A program made the position numbers and the translations under genes. The notes under the pieces are model-generated. The model searched no databases, had not been told where the DNA came from, and worked only from the letters and a program-made list of their open reading frames with translations. A stretch of DNA of 64,000 nt from Blastocatellia bacterium. GTDB lineage: Bacteria; Acidobacteriota; Blastocatellia; UBA7656. Positions 30,830-40,622 of the stretch are shown piece after piece (position 1 is the stretch's first letter; each line of letters opens with the position of its first letter). The DNA lies in contig CAVXWP010000017.1 of assembly GCA_963765495.1 (NCBI GenBank), forward strand, positions 64,001 through 128,000. The letters run 5' to 3'.

Positions 30830-33800
30830 CTATGGAGCAGGAGCCGTGCAGTTGCAAGAGTTATTTGCGATATTACTGTCTCTGAAATTGCACAGCGTTG
30901 TCCCCACTGGCATCTGCAATGATGCCGATCCCGTGATCGGTTGGTTTACATTTAGCGGCGGCGTTACCTGTATCACCACTTTCCTTGTTGAGGTGGTGTG
31001 AGTGATAGTGATGAATCCGCCCGGCTTCTTCGTTACTACTCCGGTCCCTATCACCTTTGTAGCTCCGCAACAGAAGATGTAGTCACCTGTGAATGAGTTT
31101 GCCACCACTGCATTTGCAGGGTTCGTATCATCCTGTATGCAGATGTCATAGACCGTCACCGTAAACGTGCAGGTGGCGATGTTTCCTGATCCGTCTCTTG
31201 CCGTGCAGGTAACAACGGTCGTCCCTCGCGGGAAGGTCGTCCCTGAGGCGGGCGAGCAGGTCACCGTCACAGGCGTCGAGCAGTTGTCTGTAGCAACCGG
31301 CGTGGGATAAGTGACCACAGCGCCGCCCGAATTCGGATTCGGTGTAACGGCTGTGATGTTGGCCGGGCAGGTGATCGAAGGCGGCTGAGCGTCTTTGACC
31401 GTCACGATGAACTTGCAACTGGACGAATTGCCCGATGCATCGGTAGCCGTGCAGTTTACAACGGTGTTTCCGAGCGGGAAGCTCGTGCTCGAAGCCGGAG
31501 TGCAGGTTACGGTCACACCCGGACAGTTATCCGAAGCTGTAGGAGCAGGGTAATTGACTACGGCAGAGCACATATTCGGGCCCGCATCGACTATCTGCTT
31601 GCTCGGGCATGTGATCGAAGGCGGCTGCGTGTCGTTTACCGTGACGGTGAACGAGCAACTTGCTGGACCTCCCTTACCCGATGGCACACCTATATCACCG
31701 CCGCTATCGGCCGTACAGGTTACTGTGGTTGTGCCTACGGGGAAGAAGCTGCCCGAGGCCGGGCTGCAAATAATGTTTGTGCAATCGCCTTCTGTCTCCG
31801 GGGCCGGATAATTGACAACCGCGCCGCACTGGTTGGGATCGTTGTCAGTGACTATATCCTCCGGGCATTCCAGTTCGCAGCCGCCGCCGCCCGCAACGCA
31901 TCCCGTAACCGAAACATCATCAATCGCCATACCGCCGAACTGAACGCTGCTATCGCTATCGAGGTGGAAACGTACTTCAATGTTCAGGCCCGCAAACTGA
32001 CTGATGTCAGCGTAGTGGAATCCCCAGCCTTCGCTTCCACCGATGTTCACCTGGGGATTGCCGGTACCGGACGATGCGCTTATCATCGTCGGGTCAAGCC
32101 AATCCCAGACGTGAACTGAGTTAGAGGGGTTTCCAACCTCGCGCACTTCGACAAAGGCATGGTCGAAGTTGGCGGTTTCGATCTGATCCCGCTGCGCCCA
32201 TTGGAGCGTGATGGGCCCCGAAATCCCGGCAAGATTGATGTTGGGCGAGAACAGATCCTGATTGCTGCTCGCGTTGTAAGTGTTATCGAGGTCGGTCTTC
32301 CAGCAGTTCACGCCGCTGTTGCAGGTATTGAAGGCCGCCACAGGGTTGGAGGTGGTCGTGGCAACCGTGGCCGGAAGACCAAGCTCCCACTCATCCTGCG
32401 TGCCCGTGTGCGTGAAGCCTGCTTCGCCGCTCTCGAAGTCGGTGCTGAAGACTGTCGTTGGAGTGCCGCTGCAAGACGGCGGCGGCGGCTGCTCGCAGAT
32501 AGTGATGCTCCAGGATGTGAGCGTGCCACCATTTGCGCCCGCCGTATCGTCGCGCAAGTCGAGCGTCCAGGTTCCTCCGGCGTCTTCTCCGTTGAACCAC
32601 CCGAGGCGATATGCGCCCGAAGTGCTTGCGGTGCCGCTAGTGCTATTGTTTTCAGGCTTGAGCCGCATCCCCTTGAGGACGGTGAAGGCTGGAGGGATTG
32701 CAGAGTCGTCATCGAAGATGAGGTCCATCTGAGTCTGTCCACCCGTCGCCGCCGCGCCGATGTCGGTGAACAATCCGTTGTCGTTGCCCGCAGGCGAACG
32801 CAGATGAGCATCAATGTCCTGCATCAACGCATGGTTGAGATTGATCTGCACACTGATCTCGGCGATGCGAGGGTTGCCGGGGATAGTGATGGTCGAACTG
32901 ACAAGCCCCGTTCCCGGCCCGATGGTCTTTGGCACATCGGTGCTTGTGTAGGTCGTGCAGTTTACGCCTGTAGGCGTATGAGGCAGCACGCTCACGCTCA
33001 GATTATAAGTTGCTGTTGGCCCTCCGACCGCAGCCGAGGCCGAATCAACAAATGCATAGTATGTACCCGCATCCTTGACAGTCATGAAGAGAGCTTCTGA
33101 GGGGATATTCGGGTTGGGCGAAACGTCCCCGGTTCCAGCATCGTCTACGACCAGTATCTGGTTGCCCGCATCCCCGAACAGAGCGATGCCAAGACGCCCG
33201 TTCCAAGTGACGCTATCGCGCTCCGGGTCAAGGTCAAGGCTCAGGAATACCGTGTCACCGGCATTGAGCGTCATGCTGTACCAGTCCTGCTCGGTGGCAG
33301 CAGCCGGGTTGCGCGTGCCGCTCACCCAGCCGGAAGCCGGTAACGGGTTCGCAGTGGCAGGCGTGTCATTAGGCTCGACCTCAGGAGTCGGCGAGCCGCT
33401 TTGCACCTTCACATAAAGCTCGTAAGGGCGCTCTGTAGATGTGCCCGCCGTAAAGTCGTTGACCTTCAGATAGTAGGTCCCGCCTGCCGTAAGATTCGCT
33501 CCGGCTATGGAGGAAGAAAGAGCGGCAAAACTGCCGTTGTCGTCGTCGAACTCGATGACTGTCGTGCCGTCGGATGCAAAGAGCGTGAGTTGACTATCGG
33601 TGCTGTTACCGGCTGATCCGGAAGTCATCGTTGCGGCATAAAAACGGCTCCCCGCCGAAGCTGTGAAAGAGTAATAGTCCACATCCCCGTTGGGAAAGAG
33701 GTTGGCCTTGATCTTTACATCGCCGCCGACGAGCGGTGTGGCAGTACCAGGAGTGTTGTTAGGCTCGACCTCACCCTGATTAACAGCCGCGACAAGCGAC

Positions 33801-34057
33801 GGACTTATGACCCGCCTTGGCTTTGGAACAGGGCCGTCCATCGTGATGACGTATGCTTCTTCGCCATTTACCTCTTCCGTCTCCTGGACCTTCACCCCTC
33901 CGGTTTGGTTACCTTTCTGACCTTTGCTCTGAGCGCCAATCTTTGAATTCGCCTGAGCCAGTTGCGTGAGCAATGAGGGCAAGGCTAGCGTGACTACAAT
34001 AGCTAGGCCAAGCGCCAGGCCTAATAGTCGCTTTGTATGGATTTTTCTTTTATTCAT
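30830..34057 (-). CDS. large secreted protein: 2 PPC-like (EVEPN) domains, P-like domain, beta-sandwich domain, 3 HYR-like repeats, shared C-terminal domain
   Basis: Signal peptide; EVEPNNT/EVEPNDT..DVDYY/EQDWY; 'FNGEDAGGTWTL'; 'DFESG..WELG..IDDVSV'; three HYR repeats. Confidence 0.92.
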   Translation of the reverse strand: MNKRKIHTKRLLGLALGLAIVVTLALPSLLTQLAQANSKIGAQSKGQKGNQTGGVKVQETEEVNGEEAYVITMDGPVPKPRRVISPSLVAAVNQGEVEPNNTPGTATPLVGGDVKIKANLFPNGDVDYYSFTASAGSRFYAATMTSGSAGNSTDSQLTLFASDGTTVIEFDDDNGSFAALSSSIAGANLTAGGTYYLKVNDFTAGTSTERPYELYVKVQSGSPTPEVEPNDTPATANPLPASGWVSGTRNPAAATEQDWYSMTLNAGDTVFLSLDLDPERDSVTWNGRLGIALFGDAGNQILVVDDAGTGDVSPNPNIPSEALFMTVKDAGTYYAFVDSASAAVGGPTATYNLSVSVLPHTPTGVNCTTYTSTDVPKTIGPGTGLVSSTITIPGNPRIAEISVQINLNHALMQDIDAHLRSPAGNDNGLFTDIGAAATGGQTQMDLIFDDDSAIPPAFTVLKGMRLKPENNSTSGTASTSGAYRLGWFNGEDAGGTWTLDLRDDTAGANGGTLTSWSITICEQPPPPSCSGTPTTVFSTDFESGEAGFTHTGTQDEWELGLPATVATTTSNPVAAFNTCNSGVNCWKTDLDNTYNASSNQDLFSPNINLAGISGPITLQWAQRDQIETANFDHAFVEVREVGNPSNSVHVWDWLDPTMISASSGTGNPQVNIGGSEGWGFHYADISQFAGLNIEVRFHLDSDSSVQFGGMAIDDVSVTGCVAGGGGCELECPEDIVTDNDPNQCGAVVNYPAPETEGDCTNIICSPASGSFFPVGTTTVTCTADSGGDIGVPSGKGGPASCSFTVTVNDTQPPSITCPSKQIVDAGPNMCSAVVNYPAPTASDNCPGVTVTCTPASSTSFPLGNTVVNCTATDASGNSSSCKFIVTVKDAQPPSITCPANITAVTPNPNSGGAVVTYPTPVATDNCSTPVTVTCSPASGTTFPRGTTVVTCTARDGSGNIATCTFTVTVYDICIQDDTNPANAVVANSFTGDYIFCCGATKVIGTGVVTKKPGGFITITHTTSTRKVVIQVTPPLNVNQPITGSASLQMPVGTTLCNFRDSNIANNSCNCTAPAP

Positions 34058-34350
34058 ATGGTTTCCCTCTCAATCAAGGTTGTTTGTAATACTCAAATTG
34101 CGACGATTGACGCTCAAAATTGATTTCGATTGTAAGCGCCAATGATGGCTGCCTCAGGCTTCTTGGCAGGTGCTACGAAGCTCCGGGCAGTAGATTTGAT
34201 TTCAATAGCTATTCAGTTTTCCCCTGAACTATAAAACCCGATCAGGCCCTGTTTGGAATGACAAATTACTAAAAGGGGAAATTGACAAATCATGGTTGAG
34301 CATCAAACGACATATTCCGCGATCCGACCCAACCATTCTTATCGGCGCTA

Positions 34351-34379
34351 ATCCTAAGCTTTTCACATTGCCAAGTCAA
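34351..34379 (-). promoter_or_regulatory. putative sigma70 promoter of 30830-34057
   Basis: TTGACT-N17-TAGGAT on the - strand. Confidence 0.6.
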
Positions 34380-34500
34380 GCAAATACAGACCGGCTTAAG
34401 ATGCCAAAAGCCGAATCAGAATCCTTACTATGAGCACAAACGGGCGCGTTATCGGGTTGCGGCTAAAGCCCGGAAACGGGCAAGATGAAGTCTTGCCATC

Positions 34501-35673
34501 ATGGGACAATTTTCATTCGAAAAGATCGCAAGCTCACAAAAGACGGGCGCTCGCGCCGGTCGCATCACCACCGCGCATGGATCGGTAGACACGCCCGTCT
34601 TCATGCCCGTGGGCACTCAAGGAACGGTCAAGGCGCTCACTCAGGAGATGCTCGAAGGCTCCGGGGCGCAAATAATTCTCGGCAATACTTATCATTTATA
34701 TCTGAGACCGGGCCACCGGCTTATAAATCAGCTTGGCGGGCTGCATAGCTTTATCTCTTGGGAGGGGGCAATACTTACCGACAGCGGCGGGTTTCAGGTC
34801 TTCAGCCTGACATCGCTCAGGAAGCTGAACGAAGAAGGCGTAGAGTTTCAATCGCACATAGACGGGTCGCGCCACTTCCTGACGCCTGAAAAATCTATGG
34901 AGATACAGGCTGCTCTGGGGTCGGACATCGTGATGGCTTTTGACGAATGCACTCCCTTCCCGGCCACCCGCCAGGAGGCGATAAAGTCTCTGGAACTCAC
35001 CCGTCGCTGGGCTCGCCGGTCAAAGGATCGCCTGATGGAGTTGCACGACGACCCGAAGGCGAGCCAGACGTGCGGCATCAATATGGTGAACCCCGGTCAG
35101 GCGCTCTTTGGCATAAATCAGGGAAGCGTCTACGCGGATTTGCGTGAGCAAAGTCTCGAAGGATTGATCGAGATAGGCTTTGACGGCTACGCGATTGGCG
35201 GGCTCTCTGTGGGCGAAGAAAAAAGCCAGATGTTTGAGGTAGTTTCGCACATAGCGCCCCGCATGCCCGTTGATAAGCCGCGTTATCTGATGGGGGTCGG
35301 CACACCCGAAGATCTTGTAGAGGCAGTCTCGCTCGGCATAGACATGTTCGATTGCGTGATGCCTACGCGCAATGCCCGCAACGCGCAACTCTTTACAAGC
35401 TGCGGGAAGATAAATATCAGGAACTCTCGCTTTCGCGAGGACGCAAGACCGCTCGACGAGCGGTGCCGTTGCGCCGTTTGTGTGAAATACTCGCGCGCCT
35501 ATCTGAGGCATCTTTACATGAGCGGGGAAATTCTTGCGATGGTGTTGGGATCGCTGCACAATATTAGCTTCTACCTTGACACGATGAAGCAAATCAGGCA
35601 AGCTATCAAGCTTGGCACTTTTGAAGAATTTCGTAATTCTTTTCTGAGCGAACTCGCACGCGGACAGGACTGA
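34501..35673 (+). CDS. tgt: queuine tRNA-ribosyltransferase
   Basis: TPVFMPVGT, NTYHL, TDSGGFQVFSL, GGLSVGE, PRYLMGVG, DMFDCVMPTRNARN, CxCxxC...H Zn site. Confidence 0.98.
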   Translation: MGQFSFEKIASSQKTGARAGRITTAHGSVDTPVFMPVGTQGTVKALTQEMLEGSGAQIILGNTYHLYLRPGHRLINQLGGLHSFISWEGAILTDSGGFQVFSLTSLRKLNEEGVEFQSHIDGSRHFLTPEKSMEIQAALGSDIVMAFDECTPFPATRQEAIKSLELTRRWARRSKDRLMELHDDPKASQTCGINMVNPGQALFGINQGSVYADLREQSLEGLIEIGFDGYAIGGLSVGEEKSQMFEVVSHIAPRMPVDKPRYLMGVGTPEDLVEAVSLGIDMFDCVMPTRNARNAQLFTSCGKINIRNSRFREDARPLDERCRCAVCVKYSRAYLRHLYMSGEILAMVLGSLHNISFYLDTMKQIRQAIKLGTFEEFRNSFLSELARGQD

Positions 35674-35745
35674 CCTTATAAGGATTCGGACCCGAAGCCC
35701 CCGCGGGCGGAACCTCCCACTCAAAGTGCTTGCGAGTAACTGACA

Positions 35746-36099
35746 ATGACAATATTTCTAGGTTTTCTCTTCTTCTTCTTTCAGGCACAGCCTGGCGGTG
35801 GCGGCATCATCGGTCTGTTCCTGCCGATGATCGTCGTCTTTGCGATCTTCTATCTTCTCGTGATCCGGCCTCAACAAAAAAAGCAGCGCCTGGCTCAAAG
35901 TGAGCGCGAGCAGATGCTTGGCGCGCTCAGACCGGGCGACAAGGTCATCACAACCGGGGGGATTTACGGATCAATTGTTTCGGTGCGTGAAACGAGCGTT
36001 CATTTGAAGATCTCTCAGGGTGTCTCTATAGAAGTCCTGCGCACCGCCATAGCAGGTCTGCAATCGGATGACATAAAAGAAGTCGAGCCTGTAAAATAA
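35746..36099 (+). CDS. yajC: preprotein translocase subunit YajC
   Basis: FYLLVIRPQQKKQ, LRPGDKVITTGGIYG; lies between tgt and secD. Confidence 0.95.
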   Translation: MTIFLGFLFFFFQAQPGGGGIIGLFLPMIVVFAIFYLLVIRPQQKKQRLAQSEREQMLGALRPGDKVITTGGIYGSIVSVRETSVHLKISQGVSIEVLRTAIAGLQSDDIKEVEPVK

Positions 36100-36126
36100 C
36101 TATTATAGATGTAGGAAAATGTCACT

Positions 36127-37791
36127 ATGCGAAAAAAGATTCGTACGCGAGTTCTCATAATCCTGGCCGTAACGTTTGCGGGGCTCTATCTGGTGTTTCT
36201 TCCGCACACCCGCCGGCCAAACCTCAAAGATTTCACAAGCTGGTCACAGGTAAAGCAAAATCTTTCTGAGAACATCCACCTGGGGTTGGATTTGCGGGGC
36301 GGTTCCCATCTGGTCTTACAGGTACAGACCGACGACGTAATAAAGGGTGTTACCACGAAAAACGTCGAGGCGGCTCGCTCCAAGCTTCAAGAGGAAGGGG
36401 TGCCGGTTACAGACATCTCCGCTACCGGGGTTGACCAGATCACGGTCACCGTCTCCGATACTTCCAAAAACTCCGACATAGTGAGCGAGCTTGAGCGCGA
36501 TTTCAACAACCAGACGCCGCAGGGAACCGGCTGGGCTGCTACCGAAAGAGGAAACACCATTATCTTTAACCTCGACGAATCGGTGCAAAATGCCATGCGC
36601 GAGCGCGCTACGGATGTCGCGAAAGAGATTATAGATAATCGCATAAACGCATTTGGCGTGGCCGAACCGCTCGTGCAGAGGCGCGGTGGCGAAGGCACCT
36701 ATCAGATACTGGTTCAGATGCCCGGCATCGACGACCCTGAGCGGGTTAAAAATACGCTCAACGCCGACTCGAATCTTGAGCTTAAACTCGTGGCCAAAGC
36801 CGGGCAGTTTTCCTACAACACAAAAGAAGAAGCAGAGGCGGCGATGAAGGCGCTGCCAAATGCCGCACAGCTTGAAATTTTGTCTTACCGACCCGCCGCA
36901 AACGACAGCGGCGCCGGTCAGGCCGGGTTTGTGATTGTCGAAAAGACCCCTGTGGTGACGGGCTTTGACATGCGCGATGCGCGAGCCTCTTCTTCTCAGT
37001 ACGGGGGCGCAAACTATCAAATCAGCTTTTCGCTCACGCCCACAGGCGCAAAGCGATTCGGCGATGCGACAGGCGCTCACGTAGGCGACAATCTCGCTAT
37101 TGTTCTGAATAATGAAGTCAAGAGCGCTCCTACGATTAACAGCCGAATCACCGACAGCGGGCAGATCACGGGCAATTTCACAAAGAGAGCAGCCGAAGAC
37201 CTCGCGCTTGTTCTGAGATCGGGCGCGCTGCCTGCCCGGGTAGTCTACATCGAAGAACGGACGGTCGGGCCGTCGCTCGGCGCAGACTCTATCAGGCAGG
37301 GCGTGACCGCCTCGGTAGTGGGCTTGATCTTCGTTGTGCTCTTCATGCTCTTCTACTACCGAATGTCGGGTGTAAACGCCGTGCTTGCGCTGGTGCTGAA
37401 CCTCGTACTCCTGCTTGCGGCGCTTGTCGTGTTCGGGGCTACGCTGACGCTGCCGGGGATTGCGGGCGTCATCCTGACTATAGGTATGGCGGTTGACTCG
37501 AACGTGCTCATCTTTGAGCGCATTCGCGAAGAGATGCGCAACGGCAAGGTAGTCGCCTCGGCCGTTGATACGGGCTTTGGCAAAGCGTTTTTGACCATCA
37601 TAGACACGCACGTGACGACTATAGTGTCTGCGGTCTTCCTGTTTGTCTTTGGGACCGGACCGATTCGCGGTTTCGCCGTCACGCTGGTAGCGGGCTTGCT
37701 GGCCAATCTGTTTACGGCAGTCTTCGTGTCGCGCACCATCTTTATGTGGCACCTGAACCGCAGCGCGCGGGTCGAGACTATTAGCATTTAA
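36127..37791 (+). CDS. secD: protein translocase subunit SecD
   Basis: LGLDLRGG, RINAFGVAEP, LRSGALP, VGPSLG, TLPGIAG..GMAVDSNVLIFERIREE. Confidence 0.97.
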   Translation: MRKKIRTRVLIILAVTFAGLYLVFLPHTRRPNLKDFTSWSQVKQNLSENIHLGLDLRGGSHLVLQVQTDDVIKGVTTKNVEAARSKLQEEGVPVTDISATGVDQITVTVSDTSKNSDIVSELERDFNNQTPQGTGWAATERGNTIIFNLDESVQNAMRERATDVAKEIIDNRINAFGVAEPLVQRRGGEGTYQILVQMPGIDDPERVKNTLNADSNLELKLVAKAGQFSYNTKEEAEAAMKALPNAAQLEILSYRPAANDSGAGQAGFVIVEKTPVVTGFDMRDARASSSQYGGANYQISFSLTPTGAKRFGDATGAHVGDNLAIVLNNEVKSAPTINSRITDSGQITGNFTKRAAEDLALVLRSGALPARVVYIEERTVGPSLGADSIRQGVTASVVGLIFVVLFMLFYYRMSGVNAVLALVLNLVLLLAALVVFGATLTLPGIAGVILTIGMAVDSNVLIFERIREEMRNGKVVASAVDTGFGKAFLTIIDTHVTTIVSAVFLFVFGTGPIRGFAVTLVAGLLANLFTAVFVSRTIFMWHLNRSARVETISI

Positions 37792-37842
37792 GGGATAGGG
37801 CTTCTCAAGTTTGAGATTTCGAACCTGAGATTTGAAATCATC

Positions 37843-39372
37843 ATGGTTGAACTTTTTCGGAACCCAAGAATAGACTGGATAGGCGCGAAGAAATACTTCA
37901 TCGGCCTGACCATTGTTTTACTGCTGCTCGGAGCGATTTCAGTGCAGCTTCGCGGCTTCAATCTGGGAGTTGATTTTACGGGCGGCACGCTCATGACGGT
38001 CCGTTTCAAGAACCAGGAATCGCCCGACAAAATTCGCTCCGTGCTTGCCTCGGCCGGTATTGACACTTCAAAAGTGACTATCCAGCCGATCCTCAGCCGT
38101 CCCAACGAGTTGATGATTCGAACACCCCAGTTGGCCGGAAACGAGGTCGAACATCGCGTGGACGAAGATAAGCGCGCGATCATTCGCGCCCTCCAGAAGC
38201 TCAATGCATCGGGCGAAATCGCGGCGGGCAAGGTAAACATCAATACGATTGATCCCGAAGGCATCGAACAGGAACTGAGACAGGTAGACCCGCTCGGCAT
38301 AAAGAATCAGAACTTTCCCGGCGCACATCCATATCGGCAGATAGGCGATCAGGTTGTGGCCTTTCGCAATAGCCAGCCAAATCAGTTTCTCCAGGACGTG
38401 AACGGATTGCAGACGTTGCCCCTGAATGTGGACAATCTGCCAAACATGGATCAGGGTCAGGTCAAGGCGGCGCTTGCCGACAGGTTTTATGCGGGAAAGA
38501 TTGACTTGAATCTCGCGAGCGAAAAAGAGATCGAAGACGCGCTCACCCGCACCGACCCGCTCGGCATAAAAGAACAGGCAAACGCCGGCGAGACATATCA
38601 AAAAGCGGCGGCGGCGATAAAACAGTACCGCACAGATCGAAACGGCGTGATCAACGATCTTTCCGAGATTCAGACCCAGGATGTCTCGGCCGATCTGCTG
38701 TCGAAGATGGGGACCTATTTTACGACGGGCAGCTGGTCGGTAGTCTCAGCCGAGATAGTAGGCCCACAGGTCGGAGCGGATCTTCGCAACCGGGCTATCT
38801 ATGTGACGCTTGCGGCACTGGCGGGAATGCTTGTTTATATTGCCTTCCGGTTTGAGTGGATATACGGGGTCGCCGCGGTCACGGCCGTATTTCACGATGT
38901 GCTGATTACACTCGGCATGTTTAGCCTTTTTAAGAGTTTCAACGGCTGGGAAATAAGCCTGACGGTCGTCGCAGCGCTTCTCACGCTGGTCGGTTATTCG
39001 ATGAATGACACGATAGTCATCTTTGACCGCATACGCGAAAACCTCAGACTGCGCCGTCGCGATACGCTCGCGCAGATCACCAACGACTCGATAAATCAGA
39101 CTCTTTCGCGTACCATTATTACGTCTGGATTGACCTTTATTTCGGTGCTGGCAATAGTGGTGTTTGGCGGCGAGGTGCTCAGAGGCTTCGGGCTTGCGCT
39201 CACAATAGGCATTCTGATAGGGACATATTCTTCCATCGCCGTAGCAAGCCCGATAATGCTCTGGTGGGAATACATGACGAGCGGAAAGGGTGGACGTGGC
39301 GGACGGGGAGGCCCGTCGGGGAGTGGGATGGCGCGTTCACGCACTTCGGAAAAGACTCTGGCGAGAGTGTAA
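37843..39372 (+). CDS. secF: protein translocase subunit SecF with a ~180-aa periplasmic insertion
   Basis: GVDFTGG, VGPQVG, YIAFRF, HDV, GYSMNDTIVIFDRIREN, QTLSRT, GTYSS. Confidence 0.96.
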   Translation: MVELFRNPRIDWIGAKKYFIGLTIVLLLLGAISVQLRGFNLGVDFTGGTLMTVRFKNQESPDKIRSVLASAGIDTSKVTIQPILSRPNELMIRTPQLAGNEVEHRVDEDKRAIIRALQKLNASGEIAAGKVNINTIDPEGIEQELRQVDPLGIKNQNFPGAHPYRQIGDQVVAFRNSQPNQFLQDVNGLQTLPLNVDNLPNMDQGQVKAALADRFYAGKIDLNLASEKEIEDALTRTDPLGIKEQANAGETYQKAAAAIKQYRTDRNGVINDLSEIQTQDVSADLLSKMGTYFTTGSWSVVSAEIVGPQVGADLRNRAIYVTLAALAGMLVYIAFRFEWIYGVAAVTAVFHDVLITLGMFSLFKSFNGWEISLTVVAALLTLVGYSMNDTIVIFDRIRENLRLRRRDTLAQITNDSINQTLSRTIITSGLTFISVLAIVVFGGEVLRGFGLALTIGILIGTYSSIAVASPIMLWWEYMTSGKGGRGGRGGPSGSGMARSRTSEKTLARV

Positions 39373-39380
39373 GTAAGATT

Positions 39381-39428
39381 TCGGCTTCACGCAGTTTGCC
39401 GCGCGGGCAGACCGCGTGAAGCCGAAAA
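39381..39428. terminator. hairpin after secF (terminator or REP-like)
   Basis: ttcggcttcacgc..gcgtgaagccgaa inverted repeat. Confidence 0.6.
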
Positions 39429-39491
39429 CCAGGTGGACCGGGAACAAAAGCTCCGCGAGCGGTGTCTAAGCCTTCGGAAGCCAAAAACTTC

Positions 39492-39521
39492 TTGACTTGA
39501 TGGGAAGGCGAGTAGTAGACT
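39492..39521 (+). promoter_or_regulatory. putative sigma70 promoter of the tonB operon
   Basis: TTGACT-N18-TAGACT. Confidence 0.45.
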
Positions 39522-39752
39522 CAGCCGGTTCAAGAATCCTGAGAATCAGCTAGTAATCGAGAGATTTTTATCCGGCTTTTAGTCTCCAGCTTTCATCCGT
39601 TTCTTTCCGAAACGGATGCGGTTTCTATTTTAGCCAGGCAGTTATCGCCCGGCGGTCGTTTATTTTATCCATGTGGATACTGCGAGCCAGAGCAGATGCC
39701 AGAATGAAGGCTATCTCTTAAGGCCCATCGTAATAACCGGAGGTTCTATCCC

Positions 39753-40523
39753 ATGTTCGATCAATTAGTCGAATCGAATGTAAACAGGAAAAAATCCGAC
39801 AGGTGGATTTATTTCACTGTAACGGCAGTGCTGTGGATTTCGTTTCTAACGGGCGTGATAGTCTGGGGCATTATGGCATTCGATGCCAAGCTCAACGAGC
39901 AATTCGAGCAATTGGCCAAGCTCACAGCGCCGCCACCGCCCGCCGCGCCGCCACCGGCGGCAGCCCAACCCAAACAGGTGCAGCCCAAGACGCCGGCAAA
40001 GATAGAAGCGTTTGTCTCGGCCAAAGAGCCGCCTAAAGAGATCAAGGCTCCATCTCCAACCCCGCCACAGCCAATACAGAATATTGGCCCGGTCGGCCCG
40101 CAAGGCGGAGGCGAAGGCCCGCCGGGCGGAACGGGAGGCATACCGGGAGGACTCGGAAGTGTAGCCGGTGGAGGCGAAGTAGGACCGCCGCCGCCGCCGC
40201 CGCCGCCGCCACCCGACAAGCCAAAACCCGAGCCACCCAAGATCGTCCGCAAATCGGGAGGCGTGCTTCAAGGATCGGCTACCCGCCGAGTGCAACCGAG
40301 CTATCCGCCGCTTGCAAAGGCGGCCCGCGTGAGCGGCGCAGTGGTTGTCGAAGTGACGGTAGATGAGAATGGCAGCGTCATATCGGCGCGAGCCATATCA
40401 GGACACCCGTTATTGAAAGACGCTGCCGTGCAGGCAGCCCAGGGTTGGAAATTCACACCCACTCAACTTAGCGGTGTCCCTGTGAAGGTAATCGGCACCA
40501 TCACCTTTAACTTTACACTGTGA
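39753..40523 (+). CDS. tonB: energy transducer TonB
   Basis: N-terminal TM, Pro-rich linker, TonB_C 'PSYPPLAKAARVSGAVVVEVTVDENG..WKFTP'. Confidence 0.92.
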   Translation: MFDQLVESNVNRKKSDRWIYFTVTAVLWISFLTGVIVWGIMAFDAKLNEQFEQLAKLTAPPPPAAPPPAAAQPKQVQPKTPAKIEAFVSAKEPPKEIKAPSPTPPQPIQNIGPVGPQGGGEGPPGGTGGIPGGLGSVAGGGEVGPPPPPPPPPPDKPKPEPPKIVRKSGGVLQGSATRRVQPSYPPLAKAARVSGAVVVEVTVDENGSVISARAISGHPLLKDAAVQAAQGWKFTPTQLSGVPVKVIGTITFNFTL

Positions 40524-40622
40524 CCTCGCGGGGTCGAGCCAGTGATTATTTCCGAAGCCCGAGGGAGAGCCCCTCGGGCTTGCACTAAAAGTTTCTAAAT
40601 CGATTTTGGAGGGTTTCAACCT

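Noticed and set aside
26480-31900. Regularly spaced repeats as a possible CRISPR array
   Set aside because: They are in-frame coding HYR/P-domain repeats with synonymous variation; there are no identical 25-45 nt direct repeats and no cas genes.
36316-37752. 478-aa antisense ORF over secD, and similar long shadow ORFs (10222-11175, 32159-33100, 57460-58359, 50311-51147)
   Set aside because: They lie opposite confidently identified genes and show no recognisable motifs; expected in GC-rich coding DNA.
40185-40214. (CCG)n tract as a phase-variation locus
   Set aside because: It is an in-frame triplet repeat encoding the normal TonB poly-Pro linker.
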